Shown: one piece after another, positions 8,935-19,211 of the stretch | How positions within the stretch are numbered: position 1 is the first letter of the stretch | Layout of the letters: the number at the start of each line of letters is the position of its first letter | Assembly: GCA_000724175.1 (NCBI GenBank) | Contig: JPGV01000006.1 | Span: 28,630 to 92,629 of the forward strand | Direction: 5' to 3' | DNA length: 64,000 nt | DNA from: [Candidatus Thermochlorobacteriaceae] bacterium GBChlB | GTDB lineage: Bacteria; Bacteroidota; Chlorobiia; Chlorobiales; Thermochlorobacteraceae | Program-made: the position numbers and the translations under genes | The notes under the pieces: generated by a model | The model's input: only the letters and a program-made list of their open reading frames with translations | Databases searched by the model: none | Told to the model about the DNA's origin: nothing

Positions 8935-10932
8935 ATGCTGCCAACGATGCGCACAATACTCTCTCTATGGCTTGTCCTTGCATGCTCCGCAACGCTTTTG
9001 GGACAATCTTCGTTGCGGCAGAGACAAATAGACAGCCTTCGCGCTGAACTCGACCGCCCACAACAGGACACCACGCGCTACGCCCTACTGACCAAACTCG
9101 GATTTCTTTACTACGACGACTCGCTGCCCGATTCTGCAATTGCTTTTGCAGAACGCGCCAAAGTTGTTGCCCATTTGATAGGCGATGATGTGCGCATCTC
9201 CGACGCCTGTTTTCTCATCGGAACGACATATCGAGCGCAGTTGGCAACTTACGACAGAGGGTTGGAGTATTTTTTTCTTGGATTAACCCATTTAGAAAAC
9301 GCACGGTCGCATCCACGATACCTTGTCAAAAGAGCACGATTGCTCACGGAAATTGCGTTGAGTTACGAATCGCTGGAAGATTTTGAGCAGGCAATCGCCT
9401 ATTGTATCGAGATAAGACAAATTGCGCGTGAAAACGGATTTAAGTTTTATGAGGCTATTGCCGCTGCCACTGAAAGCAGTATTCGTCGGCTTATGGGCGA
9501 TTACAACGCGGCAATGGTTTTGACCGAAAGAACGCTCGTCTTGCGCCGCGAAATTGGGGACTCGGCTGTTGTTGCCCGTTCCATCGGCACGGTCGGCGAA
9601 ATTTTATACCTCAAAGGCAAGCCGCTCGATGCCTTGCCAGAGTTATTCAAAAGCGTTGAGATGCTCAACGGCGAGATTCACAATACCGTTCGCGCCTACA
9701 ACAATATCGCGCGGTGCTACCTTGCCATACATATGCTCGACAGCGCAGCGATTTACGCTCAAAAGGGATATGACCTCTGCGTCAGCACGCGCCGCAAGTT
9801 CGGCATACAGCAGTGCTACAAAATCATGGCGAGTATAAAAGAGCGACAAGGTCAGCTCGAGGAAGCGTTGTTTTTTCAAAAACGATACAACGAGTTGCGC
9901 GATACGGTTTTATCGGGACAGCGCCGCCAACGCGCCGCCACATTGCACATACAAGCCTCTATCGCTGAACGGGAAAGGGAAAGAGAGCAAAAGTTGAACC
10001 AACAAGTTATTGTGCAAAATGTTCTGTTAGTTATTCTTAGCGTGCTTACGGCAGCGATATTCGTTGTCGCTTTGGCGTATCACCAAAAGCAAAAGTCGGA
10101 ACAGGTGTTGCAAGAAAAAAACGCCTTGATTGAAATACAAAATCGGCAGTTGGAAACCCAGCGCGACGACCTTGCGGAAGCCAACAAATTGAAATCAGAA
10201 CTGCTTGCCATTGCCGCACACGACCTCAAAAATCCGCTTCAGAGTGTCGTTGGCTTCGCGTCGCTGATTGAAGAGAAAGTCGAGCCACAATCGGAATTTG
10301 CGCAAATGTCGCGCTTCATCAAGCAGTCGGCAGATAAAATGTTACGGTTGATTAACGATTTGCTCGACACGACCGTGATGCAAATGGGTCGAATGAAATT
10401 GCGAAAAGCCTCGATTGATGTGGGCAAGCTTATTGAGGACGTGGTTAATGACCACCTTGCATCTGCTCAACGAAAAAACCAAACGATAGAAATTACTACT
10501 GATAAAAACGCCGTCGCATCTGTTGATGAGGAACGAATGCGGCAAGTCCTCTCGAACCTCATCAGCAACGCGATAAAATACAGTCCGTCGGGTAAGCAGA
10601 TAGCGGTTAGCTGTAAGCGAACTGTTGGAAAGACGGTGCCTATGAACGGCCATAACTCTTTGCTGCCCAATGCGACCGACAATCTGCTCATTGCTGTTCG
10701 TGATGAGGGAAAGGGTTTAACCGAGAGCGATAAAGCCAAACTCTTTCAGCAGTTCCAACGGCTTTCAGCACAACCGACGGGCGGCGAGAGTTCAACAGGA
10801 CTGGGCTTGTGGATTGCCAAAGAAATCGTCGAGTTACATGGCGGAAAAATTTGGGCGGAAAGCAAGGGAAATGGCTCTACATTCTTTGTCGAGTTGCCCG
10901 CGCTACCTGTCGCCAAACCCATATCGGTCTAA
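8935..10932 (+). CDS. TPR-sensor histidine kinase 1
   Basis: Signal peptide, TPR-like helices, TM segment, H-box AHDLKNPL, N-box NLISNAIKYS, DEGKG and GLGL. Confidence 0.9.
   Translation: MLPTMRTILSLWLVLACSATLLGQSSLRQRQIDSLRAELDRPQQDTTRYALLTKLGFLYYDDSLPDSAIAFAERAKVVAHLIGDDVRISDACFLIGTTYRAQLATYDRGLEYFFLGLTHLENARSHPRYLVKRARLLTEIALSYESLEDFEQAIAYCIEIRQIARENGFKFYEAIAAATESSIRRLMGDYNAAMVLTERTLVLRREIGDSAVVARSIGTVGEILYLKGKPLDALPELFKSVEMLNGEIHNTVRAYNNIARCYLAIHMLDSAAIYAQKGYDLCVSTRRKFGIQQCYKIMASIKERQGQLEEALFFQKRYNELRDTVLSGQRRQRAATLHIQASIAEREREREQKLNQQVIVQNVLLVILSVLTAAIFVVALAYHQKQKSEQVLQEKNALIEIQNRQLETQRDDLAEANKLKSELLAIAAHDLKNPLQSVVGFASLIEEKVEPQSEFAQMSRFIKQSADKMLRLINDLLDTTVMQMGRMKLRKASIDVGKLIEDVVNDHLASAQRKNQTIEITTDKNAVASVDEERMRQVLSNLISNAIKYSPSGKQIAVSCKRTVGKTVPMNGHNSLLPNATDNLLIAVRDEGKGLTESDKAKLFQQFQRLSAQPTGGESSTGLGLWIAKEIVELHGGKIWAESKGNGSTFFVELPALPVAKPISV
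10099..10238 (+). repeat. 140-bp near-identical repeat, copy 1 (copy 2 at 12174-12313)
   Basis: Manual alignment gives 8 mismatches in 140 bp with no gaps; covers the coiled coil and H-box of both kinases. Confidence 0.9.
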
Positions 10933-12995
10933 TGAACATTATGCTCATCACTTTGGCCATTGTTGCGCTCCATGCCAGTCTGTGGGAACGACGGGCGTCG
11001 GCACAAACAGTTTCTGATACGACCGCCATCGATAGCCTCATTGCACGCGCGAAAGTCATGCGAAGCCAAAATCCTGTCGAGTCAATTCGCGCTGCTGTTG
11101 AGGCACAACGGCTGGCGTCGCGCTTGAATGATTCCGCGCGGCTTGCCGATGCGCTCAACGAACACGGCATCTCGGCACGTGTGCCGGGCGATTACGACAG
11201 CTCTCTTGCGCTGCATCGTAAGGCTGCTGGACTTTACGAAAAAATCAACAACCGTGTCGGGCTTGCGGCAGCATGGCTGGGGCAAGGACATGCGCACTTT
11301 TGGACGGGCAGAAACGACAGTTCGCTCTACTGTTATTTCAAATCGCTCTCACTTTGTGAGGAAGTCGAGAACAAACGCGGCATGGCGAATGCGCTTATCA
11401 GCGTCGGAGAAATCTACCGTCGCCGACGGCTCTTCGCGGAGTCGTTGGGGTATCAAGCAAAGGCGCAGCAGGCTGCTCTTGCAGCTGGCGATTCAGCGCT
11501 CTATGCACGCTCGTTACGCGAAACGGGAATTGTTTACCACGATGCTCGGCGGCTTGATTCGGCGCTGAGCTGTTACTTTCGTGCGCTCAAGCTCTTGCAT
11601 CACGCGAATGCGAACTTTGCCGTCAATCTTTACAACAGCATCGGAGAAACTTACGAACAGCTCGGCGAGACGAGCCGCGCCGTCGCCTATCAAAACAAGG
11701 CATTGCAATTCTTCGAGGAGACCAACGACAAACGCGGCATCGCCCGCACGCTTAATGGGTTGGGAGAACTTCATTTCACACAAGGTCGTCTATCCGAAGG
11801 GATTAGCGTTGCGACCAGAGCTGGCGAACTTGCCGAGAGCATTGGCGCATTGCCCGACCGACAAAAAGCCTATCAACTTCTCTCGTATCTCTATGCCGCT
11901 CAAAATCAACCTGAAAAATCCACCGAGTTTCGTCGACGGGCAGCGGCGTTGCAAGATTCGCTCTTGGGCGAGCAAACCGCACTGAAAATCGCCGAAGTGC
12001 AAATGGCTTACGAAAATGAAAAGCGCCAACGCGACATTGACCTCTTGCTTAAAGAGCGTCAACTGCAAGAGTTGAAATCTGACCGCGAGCGCGCGTGGTT
12101 CATCGGTGGGTTGCTTGCGGCGGCGGCAATCTTAGGCGCGATGGTTATTGCCTACATGCAAAAGCGAAAATCAGAACAGGCGTTGCAGGAAAAAAACGCC
12201 TTGATTGAAACACAAAATCGGCAGTTGGAAACCCAGCGCGACAGCCTTGCGGAAGCCAACAAGGTGAAATCAGAACTGCTTGCCATTGCCGCCCACGACC
12301 TCAAAAATCCGCTGCAAAGCATTAGAGGATTTTCCATCTTGATACAAGAAGATGCAATGGGCGCACGCGAGATGGCGACAGTAATTCAACGCGCGTCCGA
12401 CCGTATGCTGCGCCTTATTGCAGAATTGCTCGACTCCGCCGTGATTGACTTGGGGAAATTGGAACTAAACAAACGCCTCATTCACATCGGTGATTTGCTC
12501 AGCCGCGTCGTAGAAGAAAATCAAGTTCAAGCCAGCCAAAAGCATCAACAATTCATTTGCCGTATCGAGCCGAATCTCTTTGCCAACATTGATGCAGAAC
12601 GCATGCGCGACGTGTTCGATAATCTCATCAGCAACGCCATCAAATACTCTCCGACGGAAAAAACCATTTATGTCGAGACGAAAAAGCACACCGAACAACG
12701 TAGTCAGAATCGAGATGGCAACCCGCTCCTTGCTCCTGATTCTTCTATTCTGATTTCAATTCGTGACGAGGGACAAGGTTTAACGGACGACGACAAGAAA
12801 AAGCTGTTTGGAAAATTTCAACGCTTATCGGCTCGACCAACAGGCGGCGAGAGCTCAACGGGACTTGGATTGTCAATTGTCAAGCAATTGGTAGAACTGC
12901 ACGGCGGGCGGGTGTGGGCAGAGAGCGCGGGCAAAGACCAAGGCACCACGTTTTTCGTCGAATTGCCTGCTGCAACGGCGCACGCTACGCGCTGA
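10932..12995 (+). CDS. TPR-sensor histidine kinase 2
   Basis: Same architecture; ATG overlaps the upstream TAA (TAATG); AHDLKNPL, NLISNAIKYS, DEGQG and GLGL. Confidence 0.9.
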   Translation: MNIMLITLAIVALHASLWERRASAQTVSDTTAIDSLIARAKVMRSQNPVESIRAAVEAQRLASRLNDSARLADALNEHGISARVPGDYDSSLALHRKAAGLYEKINNRVGLAAAWLGQGHAHFWTGRNDSSLYCYFKSLSLCEEVENKRGMANALISVGEIYRRRRLFAESLGYQAKAQQAALAAGDSALYARSLRETGIVYHDARRLDSALSCYFRALKLLHHANANFAVNLYNSIGETYEQLGETSRAVAYQNKALQFFEETNDKRGIARTLNGLGELHFTQGRLSEGISVATRAGELAESIGALPDRQKAYQLLSYLYAAQNQPEKSTEFRRRAAALQDSLLGEQTALKIAEVQMAYENEKRQRDIDLLLKERQLQELKSDRERAWFIGGLLAAAAILGAMVIAYMQKRKSEQALQEKNALIETQNRQLETQRDSLAEANKVKSELLAIAAHDLKNPLQSIRGFSILIQEDAMGAREMATVIQRASDRMLRLIAELLDSAVIDLGKLELNKRLIHIGDLLSRVVEENQVQASQKHQQFICRIEPNLFANIDAERMRDVFDNLISNAIKYSPTEKTIYVETKKHTEQRSQNRDGNPLLAPDSSILISIRDEGQGLTDDDKKKLFGKFQRLSARPTGGESSTGLGLSIVKQLVELHGGRVWAESAGKDQGTTFFVELPAATAHATR
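12174..12313 (+). repeat. 140-bp near-identical repeat, copy 2
   Basis: Matches 10099-10238 at 132 of 140 positions. Confidence 0.9.
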
Positions 12996-14934
12996 CTTTT
13001 TCCCACTCCGTGTAGAGCGTCTCTAATTCCTTCGCCAACAACTTATGTTTCTCAATGGTCTGTTTGGAATCGGCGCGTTTGTAAAAATCGGCGCTCGACA
13101 TCTCAGCTTCTAAGGTTATTTTTTCCGCTTCCAATTTCTCGATTTGTTTCTCGAGTTTATCAAGCTGCTTTTTGTTGACGGTCGGTTTGCTCGTCGGCAC
13201 CGTTTTGGCAGTGGGCTTTGCGCTGTCTGTTTTTTTCGGCGTGTCGGCTTTAACGGACGATTTTTTAGAGTCCGCTTCTGCTTGTAGTTCAGCGTCGATT
13301 TTTTCCAAGAACTCTGCATAGCCCGAGAGAAAGACGCGCACGCCGCCGTCTTTCACATAAAAAACTTTATCGACCAAACTGTCCAGAAAATATCGGTCGT
13401 GCGAGACAATCAATAGTGTCCCGTCGTAATGTTCAAGCGACTCAATGAGCATTTCCTTCGAGCGCATATCGAGGTGGTTCGTCGGCTCGTCGAGAATGAG
13501 AAAGTTCGAGGCGGTCAGCAGCATTTTCGCCAAGGCAACGCGCGACTTTTCGCCGCCCGACAACACGCCGATTTTTTTCTCGACTGCGTCGCCCGAAAAC
13601 AAAAAGCAGCCGAGCAAATCGCGCACTTTTTTTCGAGCCTCACTGTCGGGAGCAGCGTCGAGCATCTCGTCGAGAATTGACACTTTTTGATTGAGCTTCT
13701 CGGTTTGGTGCTGACCGAAAAAAGCAAGGCTGACATTATGCCCCAGTGTGCGTTTGCCCTCGAACTCGGTTTCGCCCGCCAATACTTTGCACAGCGTCGA
13801 TTTGCCCGCACCGTTTGAGCCGACAATCGCCACGCGGTCGCCGCGCTCGATTTCCAAAGATACGTTTTTCAAGACGACTTTCCCGGCTTGGTCGGGCATG
13901 GTGTAGCTCTTACGGACATTCTCGAGTGTTATGACCATTCTGCCCGACGGCGCGGCTTTCGGGAATCGAAACGAAATCTGCGACAAATCTTGCTCTGGGG
14001 TTTCTAATTCTTGTTGCAATTTTTCAATCATACGCACGCGGCTTTGCGCCTGAGTCGCCTTTGTCGCCTTGGCTTTGAATCGATTGACGAACTGCTGTAA
14101 GTGTTCAATCTTCTTTTTGTCGTTCTCGTATTTGGCGATGGATTGCTCGTAGCGCAGCGCCTTTTCTTGTTCGTAAAATGTGTAGTTGCCTTTGTATTCC
14201 GTGATGCGCTTAAATGAAATTTCCAGCGTTTTCGTCGTGAGTTTATCGAGGAAAAATCGGTCGTGCGAGATGATGACATACGATTTGTCGTAATTGAGCA
14301 AATAGCTTTCAAGCCAGCGCAGCGAATCCATATCTAAGTGGTTCGTCGGTTCATCGAGCAATAAGAGCGCGGGCTGTTGCAACAAGAGTTTGGAGATGAG
14401 CAGCCGCATTTGCCAGCCGCCGGAGAACTCTTTAACGCGCTTTTGAAAATCCTCTTGCGAAAATCCCAAGCCCGAAAGAATTTTCTCGGCGTCGGATTGC
14501 ATTCGGTAGCCGCCCAAACGTTCAAATTCATGCGTGGATTCAGAGAAGGTCTCGATGAGTTTATGATAGGCGTCGCTCTCGTGGTCTATCGGCAGCGTGA
14601 GTTCGATTTCCATTCGCGCAATCGCCCGCGAGAGGTCGTAGAGCGTTTGGTTAGCTTGCATTGCATATTCCAGCGCGGTTTTCTCGAGGTCGCCCTCAAA
14701 GGAAATTTCCTGTGGAAGGTAACCGATGGTGGTGTCGGCGGATTTGAGAATTTGTCCCTCGTGGTGCAGCGTTTGAGAAATCGTTTCGCCTGCAAGAAAT
14801 TTCATCAGCGTCGATTTGCCCGCGCCGTTCAGCCCAATCAGCGCAACTTTGTCGGTGTCGCCGATGCGAAACGATGTATCGATGAGTAAATCTTTCGTGC
14901 CGATGGTTAGATGTAAATTTCGCGCTTCGAGCAT
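12985..14934 (-). CDS. ABC-F family ATP-binding protein
   Basis: Two ABC cassettes (GLNGAGKS/FSGGW/LLLDEPTNHLD and GSNGAGKS/LSGGEK/LILDEPTNHLD), no TM, C-terminal coiled coil. Confidence 0.95.
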   Translation of the reverse strand: MLEARNLHLTIGTKDLLIDTSFRIGDTDKVALIGLNGAGKSTLMKFLAGETISQTLHHEGQILKSADTTIGYLPQEISFEGDLEKTALEYAMQANQTLYDLSRAIARMEIELTLPIDHESDAYHKLIETFSESTHEFERLGGYRMQSDAEKILSGLGFSQEDFQKRVKEFSGGWQMRLLISKLLLQQPALLLLDEPTNHLDMDSLRWLESYLLNYDKSYVIISHDRFFLDKLTTKTLEISFKRITEYKGNYTFYEQEKALRYEQSIAKYENDKKKIEHLQQFVNRFKAKATKATQAQSRVRMIEKLQQELETPEQDLSQISFRFPKAAPSGRMVITLENVRKSYTMPDQAGKVVLKNVSLEIERGDRVAIVGSNGAGKSTLCKVLAGETEFEGKRTLGHNVSLAFFGQHQTEKLNQKVSILDEMLDAAPDSEARKKVRDLLGCFLFSGDAVEKKIGVLSGGEKSRVALAKMLLTASNFLILDEPTNHLDMRSKEMLIESLEHYDGTLLIVSHDRYFLDSLVDKVFYVKDGGVRVFLSGYAEFLEKIDAELQAEADSKKSSVKADTPKKTDSAKPTAKTVPTSKPTVNKKQLDKLEKQIEKLEAEKITLEAEMSSADFYKRADSKQTIEKHKLLAKELETLYTEWEKVSA

Positions 14935-15009
14935 AGCCTGTGTGCCTCGATAAAGTTAAAACTCAATGATGTTAAAAATCGACCGCAAAAATAGACGGCA
15001 AAGATAAAC

Positions 15010-15038
15010 AAAAAACCCTGCTCCGAGCGCAGGGCTTT
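15010..15038 (-). terminator. intrinsic terminator after amt
   Basis: Minus strand reads CCCTGC-gctcgga-GCAGGG followed by TTTTTT. Confidence 0.7.
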
Positions 15039-15076
15039 ACAGGTACAGTGTTGAATCTGCTCACATCAGGGAACTC

Positions 15077-16447
15077 TCAGTTCATCGCCACAACGGATTT
15101 TGCGCTGTTGGCATGAACCGTACCGTTGGGCGTTATGTCATCAAGCGATTCGCCATGCTGGCTGATGTCGAGTCCGATTTCTTCTTGCTCTTCGCGCACG
15201 CGCATCGGGATAACTTTATCTGTGAGCATGTAAATCAGATACGACCCGATGAATGTAAAGGCGCCGACGACCAGCAGCGCGAGAAGATGATACAGAAATG
15301 TTTTCATCTCTCCAAACATCAGCCCGACGCTCTGCGCGAAAACGCCTGTTGCGACCATGCCGACCATGCCGCCGACGCCGTGGCACGGAAAGACATCAAG
15401 CGTGTCGTCGAGCGTCGATTGATTTTTCCAATGCACGGCTAAGTTACTGACGATGCTTGCAATGGCGCCGATGAACACACTTGCGCCGACGCTCACATAG
15501 CCCGCCGCAGGCGTGATTGCCACCAACCCGACGACCGCGCCGACGCACGCGCCCAACGCCGACGGCTTTCTCTGTCGAATCCCATCGAAGAAAATCCATG
15601 CCAGCATTGCCGACGCTGACGCGGTGTTCGTCGTCAGAAATGCCGTGGTCGCCGTTTCATTTGCCGCCAGCGCCGAACCCGCATTGAAGCCAAACCAGCC
15701 AAACCACAGCATGCCCGTTCCCAGAATCACAAACGGAATGTTCGCTGGCGCGTGCGCTTCGCCAGCATGATGCGATTTTCGTCGCCCGAAAAAGAGTGCG
15801 CCTGCCAGTGCAGCAAAGCCCGCCGACATATGGACAACCGTGCCGCCTGCAAAATCCAACACGCCCAAGTTTCGCAGAAAGCCATTGGGATGCCACGTCC
15901 AATGCGCAAGCGGCGCGTAGATGAAAAGGCTGAACAAGCAGATAAAGAGCAGGTAGCTTGAAAATCTTACGCGCTCAGCGAATGAGCCAGTGATGAGTGC
16001 GGGCGTGATGATGGCGAATTTTAATTGGAAGAGCGAAAACAGCACCAGCGGAATTGTCGGCGAGAGGCTCTCGTTGGTCGATGTGCCAACGCCGTTGAAC
16101 ATAAAAAATGTCGTTGGGTTTCCGATGAGTCCGACCTTGTCGCCGCCAATGCTCTCGCCGAAGGCAAGGCTGAATCCACAGACAATCCATAGAATGGAAA
16201 TCACGCCAAGCGCGATAAAACTCTGTAACATTGTCGAAATCACATTGCGCCTGCCCACCATGCCGCCGTAAAAAAACGACAAGCCGGGTGTCATGAGCAG
16301 CACTAAGCCTGAGGCGGTCAGCATCCACGCCACGTCGGCGGCGACGATGGGCTTCGCGTTTGGGTCAGGCACGGCAGCGGGCGTGAAAATTCCTGCAATG
16401 CCGACCGCAATGAGAATCGAGAACGGAACAATCCATTTTTTTTCCAT
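15077..16447 (-). CDS. amtB: ammonium transporter (Amt family)
   Basis: LMTPGLSFFYGG, DFAGGTVVHMSAG, WFGWFGFNAGS, DDTLDVFPCHG and EEIGLD motifs. Confidence 0.95.
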   Translation of the reverse strand: MEKKWIVPFSILIAVGIAGIFTPAAVPDPNAKPIVAADVAWMLTASGLVLLMTPGLSFFYGGMVGRRNVISTMLQSFIALGVISILWIVCGFSLAFGESIGGDKVGLIGNPTTFFMFNGVGTSTNESLSPTIPLVLFSLFQLKFAIITPALITGSFAERVRFSSYLLFICLFSLFIYAPLAHWTWHPNGFLRNLGVLDFAGGTVVHMSAGFAALAGALFFGRRKSHHAGEAHAPANIPFVILGTGMLWFGWFGFNAGSALAANETATTAFLTTNTASASAMLAWIFFDGIRQRKPSALGACVGAVVGLVAITPAAGYVSVGASVFIGAIASIVSNLAVHWKNQSTLDDTLDVFPCHGVGGMVGMVATGVFAQSVGLMFGEMKTFLYHLLALLVVGAFTFIGSYLIYMLTDKVIPMRVREEQEEIGLDISQHGESLDDITPNGTVHANSAKSVVAMN

Positions 16448-16665
16448 ATTTTGCTCCCAATAAAATTAAGGTGATGCCGTGCAAAAGTAAAAATTTCTTA
16501 AATGTTCTTCAAGCAACACTTAAATTTTTTAGACGCCGAGGCAAATAGAAAACATCGCTGCACCCGCTCTCGATGAGCGACCATGTGGCATATTATCTTT
16601 TCATTAACTGCCTGCAAATACGCCACCTTTGTCTTAGCTTCATATGTCCAATAACTTGACAAGAT

Positions 16666-17739
16666 ATGACATCGCATTACGCTGACTCTGAGAACGCTGC
16701 CAGTCAAGGCGCGATACGCGCGCGCGTCCTTGATATTCTCCGCGAACTGCACCAAAAGTATTTGCCGCATGCCTACGGCAAAGTTGCTGACTATATTCCC
16801 GAACTCGCAAAGGCTAATCCGAATTGGTTTGGAATTTGCATCGTTACAACCGACGGGCAAATTTTCGAAATCGGAGACTCGGATAAACTCTTCACGATTC
16901 AATCCATCTCAAAGCCGTTTGTCTATGGCATGGGCTTGGAAGAATTTGGACGCGAGTATGTCTTGAGCCGCGTTGGCGTTGAACCAACGGGCGATACGTT
17001 CAATTCGGTCATCAAGCTCGATATGCAATCGAAGCGTCCGCATAATCCAATGGTGAACGCTGGCGCGATTGCGATGACCAGCCTTATTCGCGGCAACGAC
17101 CCGACGGAACGCTTAAATCGAATGTTGCAAATGTTTTATCGATACATTGGCAGGCAGGCGGACATTGACATGCCTGTGTTTATCTCGGAGCGCACCACCG
17201 GTCATCGAAACCGTGCTATCACGCACCTGATGAAAAATTTTGGAATGATTGACGGCGCGCTCGATGAACATCTTGATCTTTATTTTCAGCAGTGTTCCCT
17301 GAAAATCACCTGCCGTGATTTAGCCGTGATGGGTGCGACGCTGGCGAATTTGGGCGTGAATCCAATCACGCAAGAACGGGCGATTTCCGCCGAATACATC
17401 AGAGATATTTTGAGTGTGATGTTCACCTGTGGGCTATACGATGCGGCAGGCGAATGGACATATCGCGTTGGGCTGCCTGCCAAGAGCGGTGTCGGTGGCG
17501 GTCTGCTTGCGGTGGTGCCAAACCGCGTCGGAATAGCGGTCTTCTCGCCTCCGTTGGACGCGCACGGCAACAGCACGCGCGGCGTCAAGGTCTGCGAAGA
17601 ACTTTCTCAAAAAATGGGATTGCACGTCTTCGATGCGTGGTTCGGCGAGCGCGGCTTTCTGTCGAGACTCGGTAACCATACGCCCGAAAAACTTCCCGCC
17701 CCAAATTCTCAAAACATAGTCTCCAACGGCGCGCATTAA
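16666..17739 (+). CDS. glsA: glutaminase A
   Basis: [30 protein letters not shown] and [11 protein letters not shown]. Confidence 0.95.
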   Translation: MTSHYADSENAASQGAIRARVLDILRELHQKYLPHAYGKVADYIPELAKANPNWFGICIVTTDGQIFEIGDSDKLFTIQSISKPFVYGMGLEEFGREYVLSRVGVEPTGDTFNSVIKLDMQSKRPHNPMVNAGAIAMTSLIRGNDPTERLNRMLQMFYRYIGRQADIDMPVFISERTTGHRNRAITHLMKNFGMIDGALDEHLDLYFQQCSLKITCRDLAVMGATLANLGVNPITQERAISAEYIRDILSVMFTCGLYDAAGEWTYRVGLPAKSGVGGGLLAVVPNRVGIAVFSPPLDAHGNSTRGVKVCEELSQKMGLHVFDAWFGERGFLSRLGNHTPEKLPAPNSQNIVSNGAH

Positions 17740-17956
17740 ACCGACGGTGCGGCCACAAACCCTCCTCTAAAAAACAGCGTAAAAAAAGCGACTTGTATGT
17801 GAGCCGGTGGTCTCGATTGAAGAGCACTCAGCGCAATTTGCCTAAACCGCGAGAAATGTCTTCGGAAAAATGTTTTTGAATAAATCAGCGATTTTGCCGC
17901 GCATTGTGGTATCTTGTTAGAATTTCTCGAATCAACAAACGCAAAGGAATCGACGA

Positions 17957-19138
17957 ATGCCAAGAATATCGGACTTTATTGAAGTCAAAAAGCCGCGTCT
18001 CTCCGTGCGCTACGGCGGCGCAAAAGTTCCCGTCGGATATTTTATTGAAGACTATATGCGCGGCGACATCGACGTCGTCGGGGACTTTAAAGACCTCATC
18101 AAACATAAAAATGAGGTCTTTGACTATGTGTTTATTGATGAGCATTACAAATTTTTCTTCACGCGTTTCATTCCAGAAGTGGCGATTCACTCCAAAGAGC
18201 AAGACGAGCGCATTGTCCGCGCGCATTACGACAACCGCAACGATTTCTTCAATTGGTTTTTAGGTCCGAGAATGGTCTACACGTCGGCGTTTTTTCTCTC
18301 GCCCGATGAACCTCTGGAAATTGCGCAAGACCGCAAGATGGATTTGGTCGCGCAGAAGATTCAACTCAAAGCGGGGGAGAAGTTGCTCGACATCGGTTGC
18401 GGCTGGGGAACACTCGTGATGTATCTCGCCAAGCATTACGGCGTCGATGCAACGGGCGTTACGATTGCGCAAGCCGGTATGGACTGGGGCATGAACCAAA
18501 TCCGCGAGAACGGGGTGGGCGACCGCGCCAGAATTATGCGACTGGACTACCGCGACATTCCCGAAAAGAAATACGACAAAATCACCTGCCTCGAGATGGC
18601 AGAACACGTCGGCGTCAAGAACTTTAAAAAATTCATGGCGCAAATTTATGGCTTGCTCGAAGACGACGGGCTGTTCTACTTGCAAATTGCGGGACTGCGG
18701 GCGCGTCCGGGCGTCTTTGCGCCGATTATGAACGAAGATACGGTTTGGGGACTCTTTATGAACAAATACATCTTTTCGGGTGCGGACGCCAGCATGCCGC
18801 TGAGCTTCGTCGTCAAAAACTTGGAGCGCGTCGGGTTTGAAATTCACAGTGTCGAGAACGTTGGTATCCATTACTCGCGCACCATTGACTTATGGTATGA
18901 AAACTGGATGCGCAACGAGAGTAAAATTATGGAGAAATACGGTCTCTACTGGTTCAGAATGTATCAAATCTTTTTGGGCTGGTCGGTGGAAATCGCTAAG
19001 CAAGGCAGCTCGACGTGCTTTCAAATTGTTTGCAACAAGAACCGCGACAAGTTTAATCGATACCGTTGGATTGGTGCGGTCAACATGGGCGAGCGCGACA
19101 TGGTGGACATCAACGGCTTGGAGAGCGTCCGCGCCTAA
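17957..19138 (+). CDS. CFA-synthase-family SAM methyltransferase, sphingolipid C9-methyltransferase-like
   Basis: HYD..NDFF.WFLGPRMVYTS, LLDIGCGWG, KITCLEMAEHVG and WGLFMNKYIF.GADAS. Confidence 0.85.
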   Translation: MPRISDFIEVKKPRLSVRYGGAKVPVGYFIEDYMRGDIDVVGDFKDLIKHKNEVFDYVFIDEHYKFFFTRFIPEVAIHSKEQDERIVRAHYDNRNDFFNWFLGPRMVYTSAFFLSPDEPLEIAQDRKMDLVAQKIQLKAGEKLLDIGCGWGTLVMYLAKHYGVDATGVTIAQAGMDWGMNQIRENGVGDRARIMRLDYRDIPEKKYDKITCLEMAEHVGVKNFKKFMAQIYGLLEDDGLFYLQIAGLRARPGVFAPIMNEDTVWGLFMNKYIFSGADASMPLSFVVKNLERVGFEIHSVENVGIHYSRTIDLWYENWMRNESKIMEKYGLYWFRMYQIFLGWSVEIAKQGSSTCFQIVCNKNRDKFNRYRWIGAVNMGERDMVDINGLESVRA

Positions 19139-19211
19139 GCGTCCCGCTTGTTCGTAACGCGACATAAATTTGAAAAACGCAAGACATCAGCTACCTTTGA
19201 AAATTCACATC

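Noticed and set aside
16448-16665. Sigma-54 promoter or NtrC site between amt and glsA
   Set aside because: The TGGC candidates lack GG-N10-GC spacing, and no TGCAC-N7-GTGCA was found.
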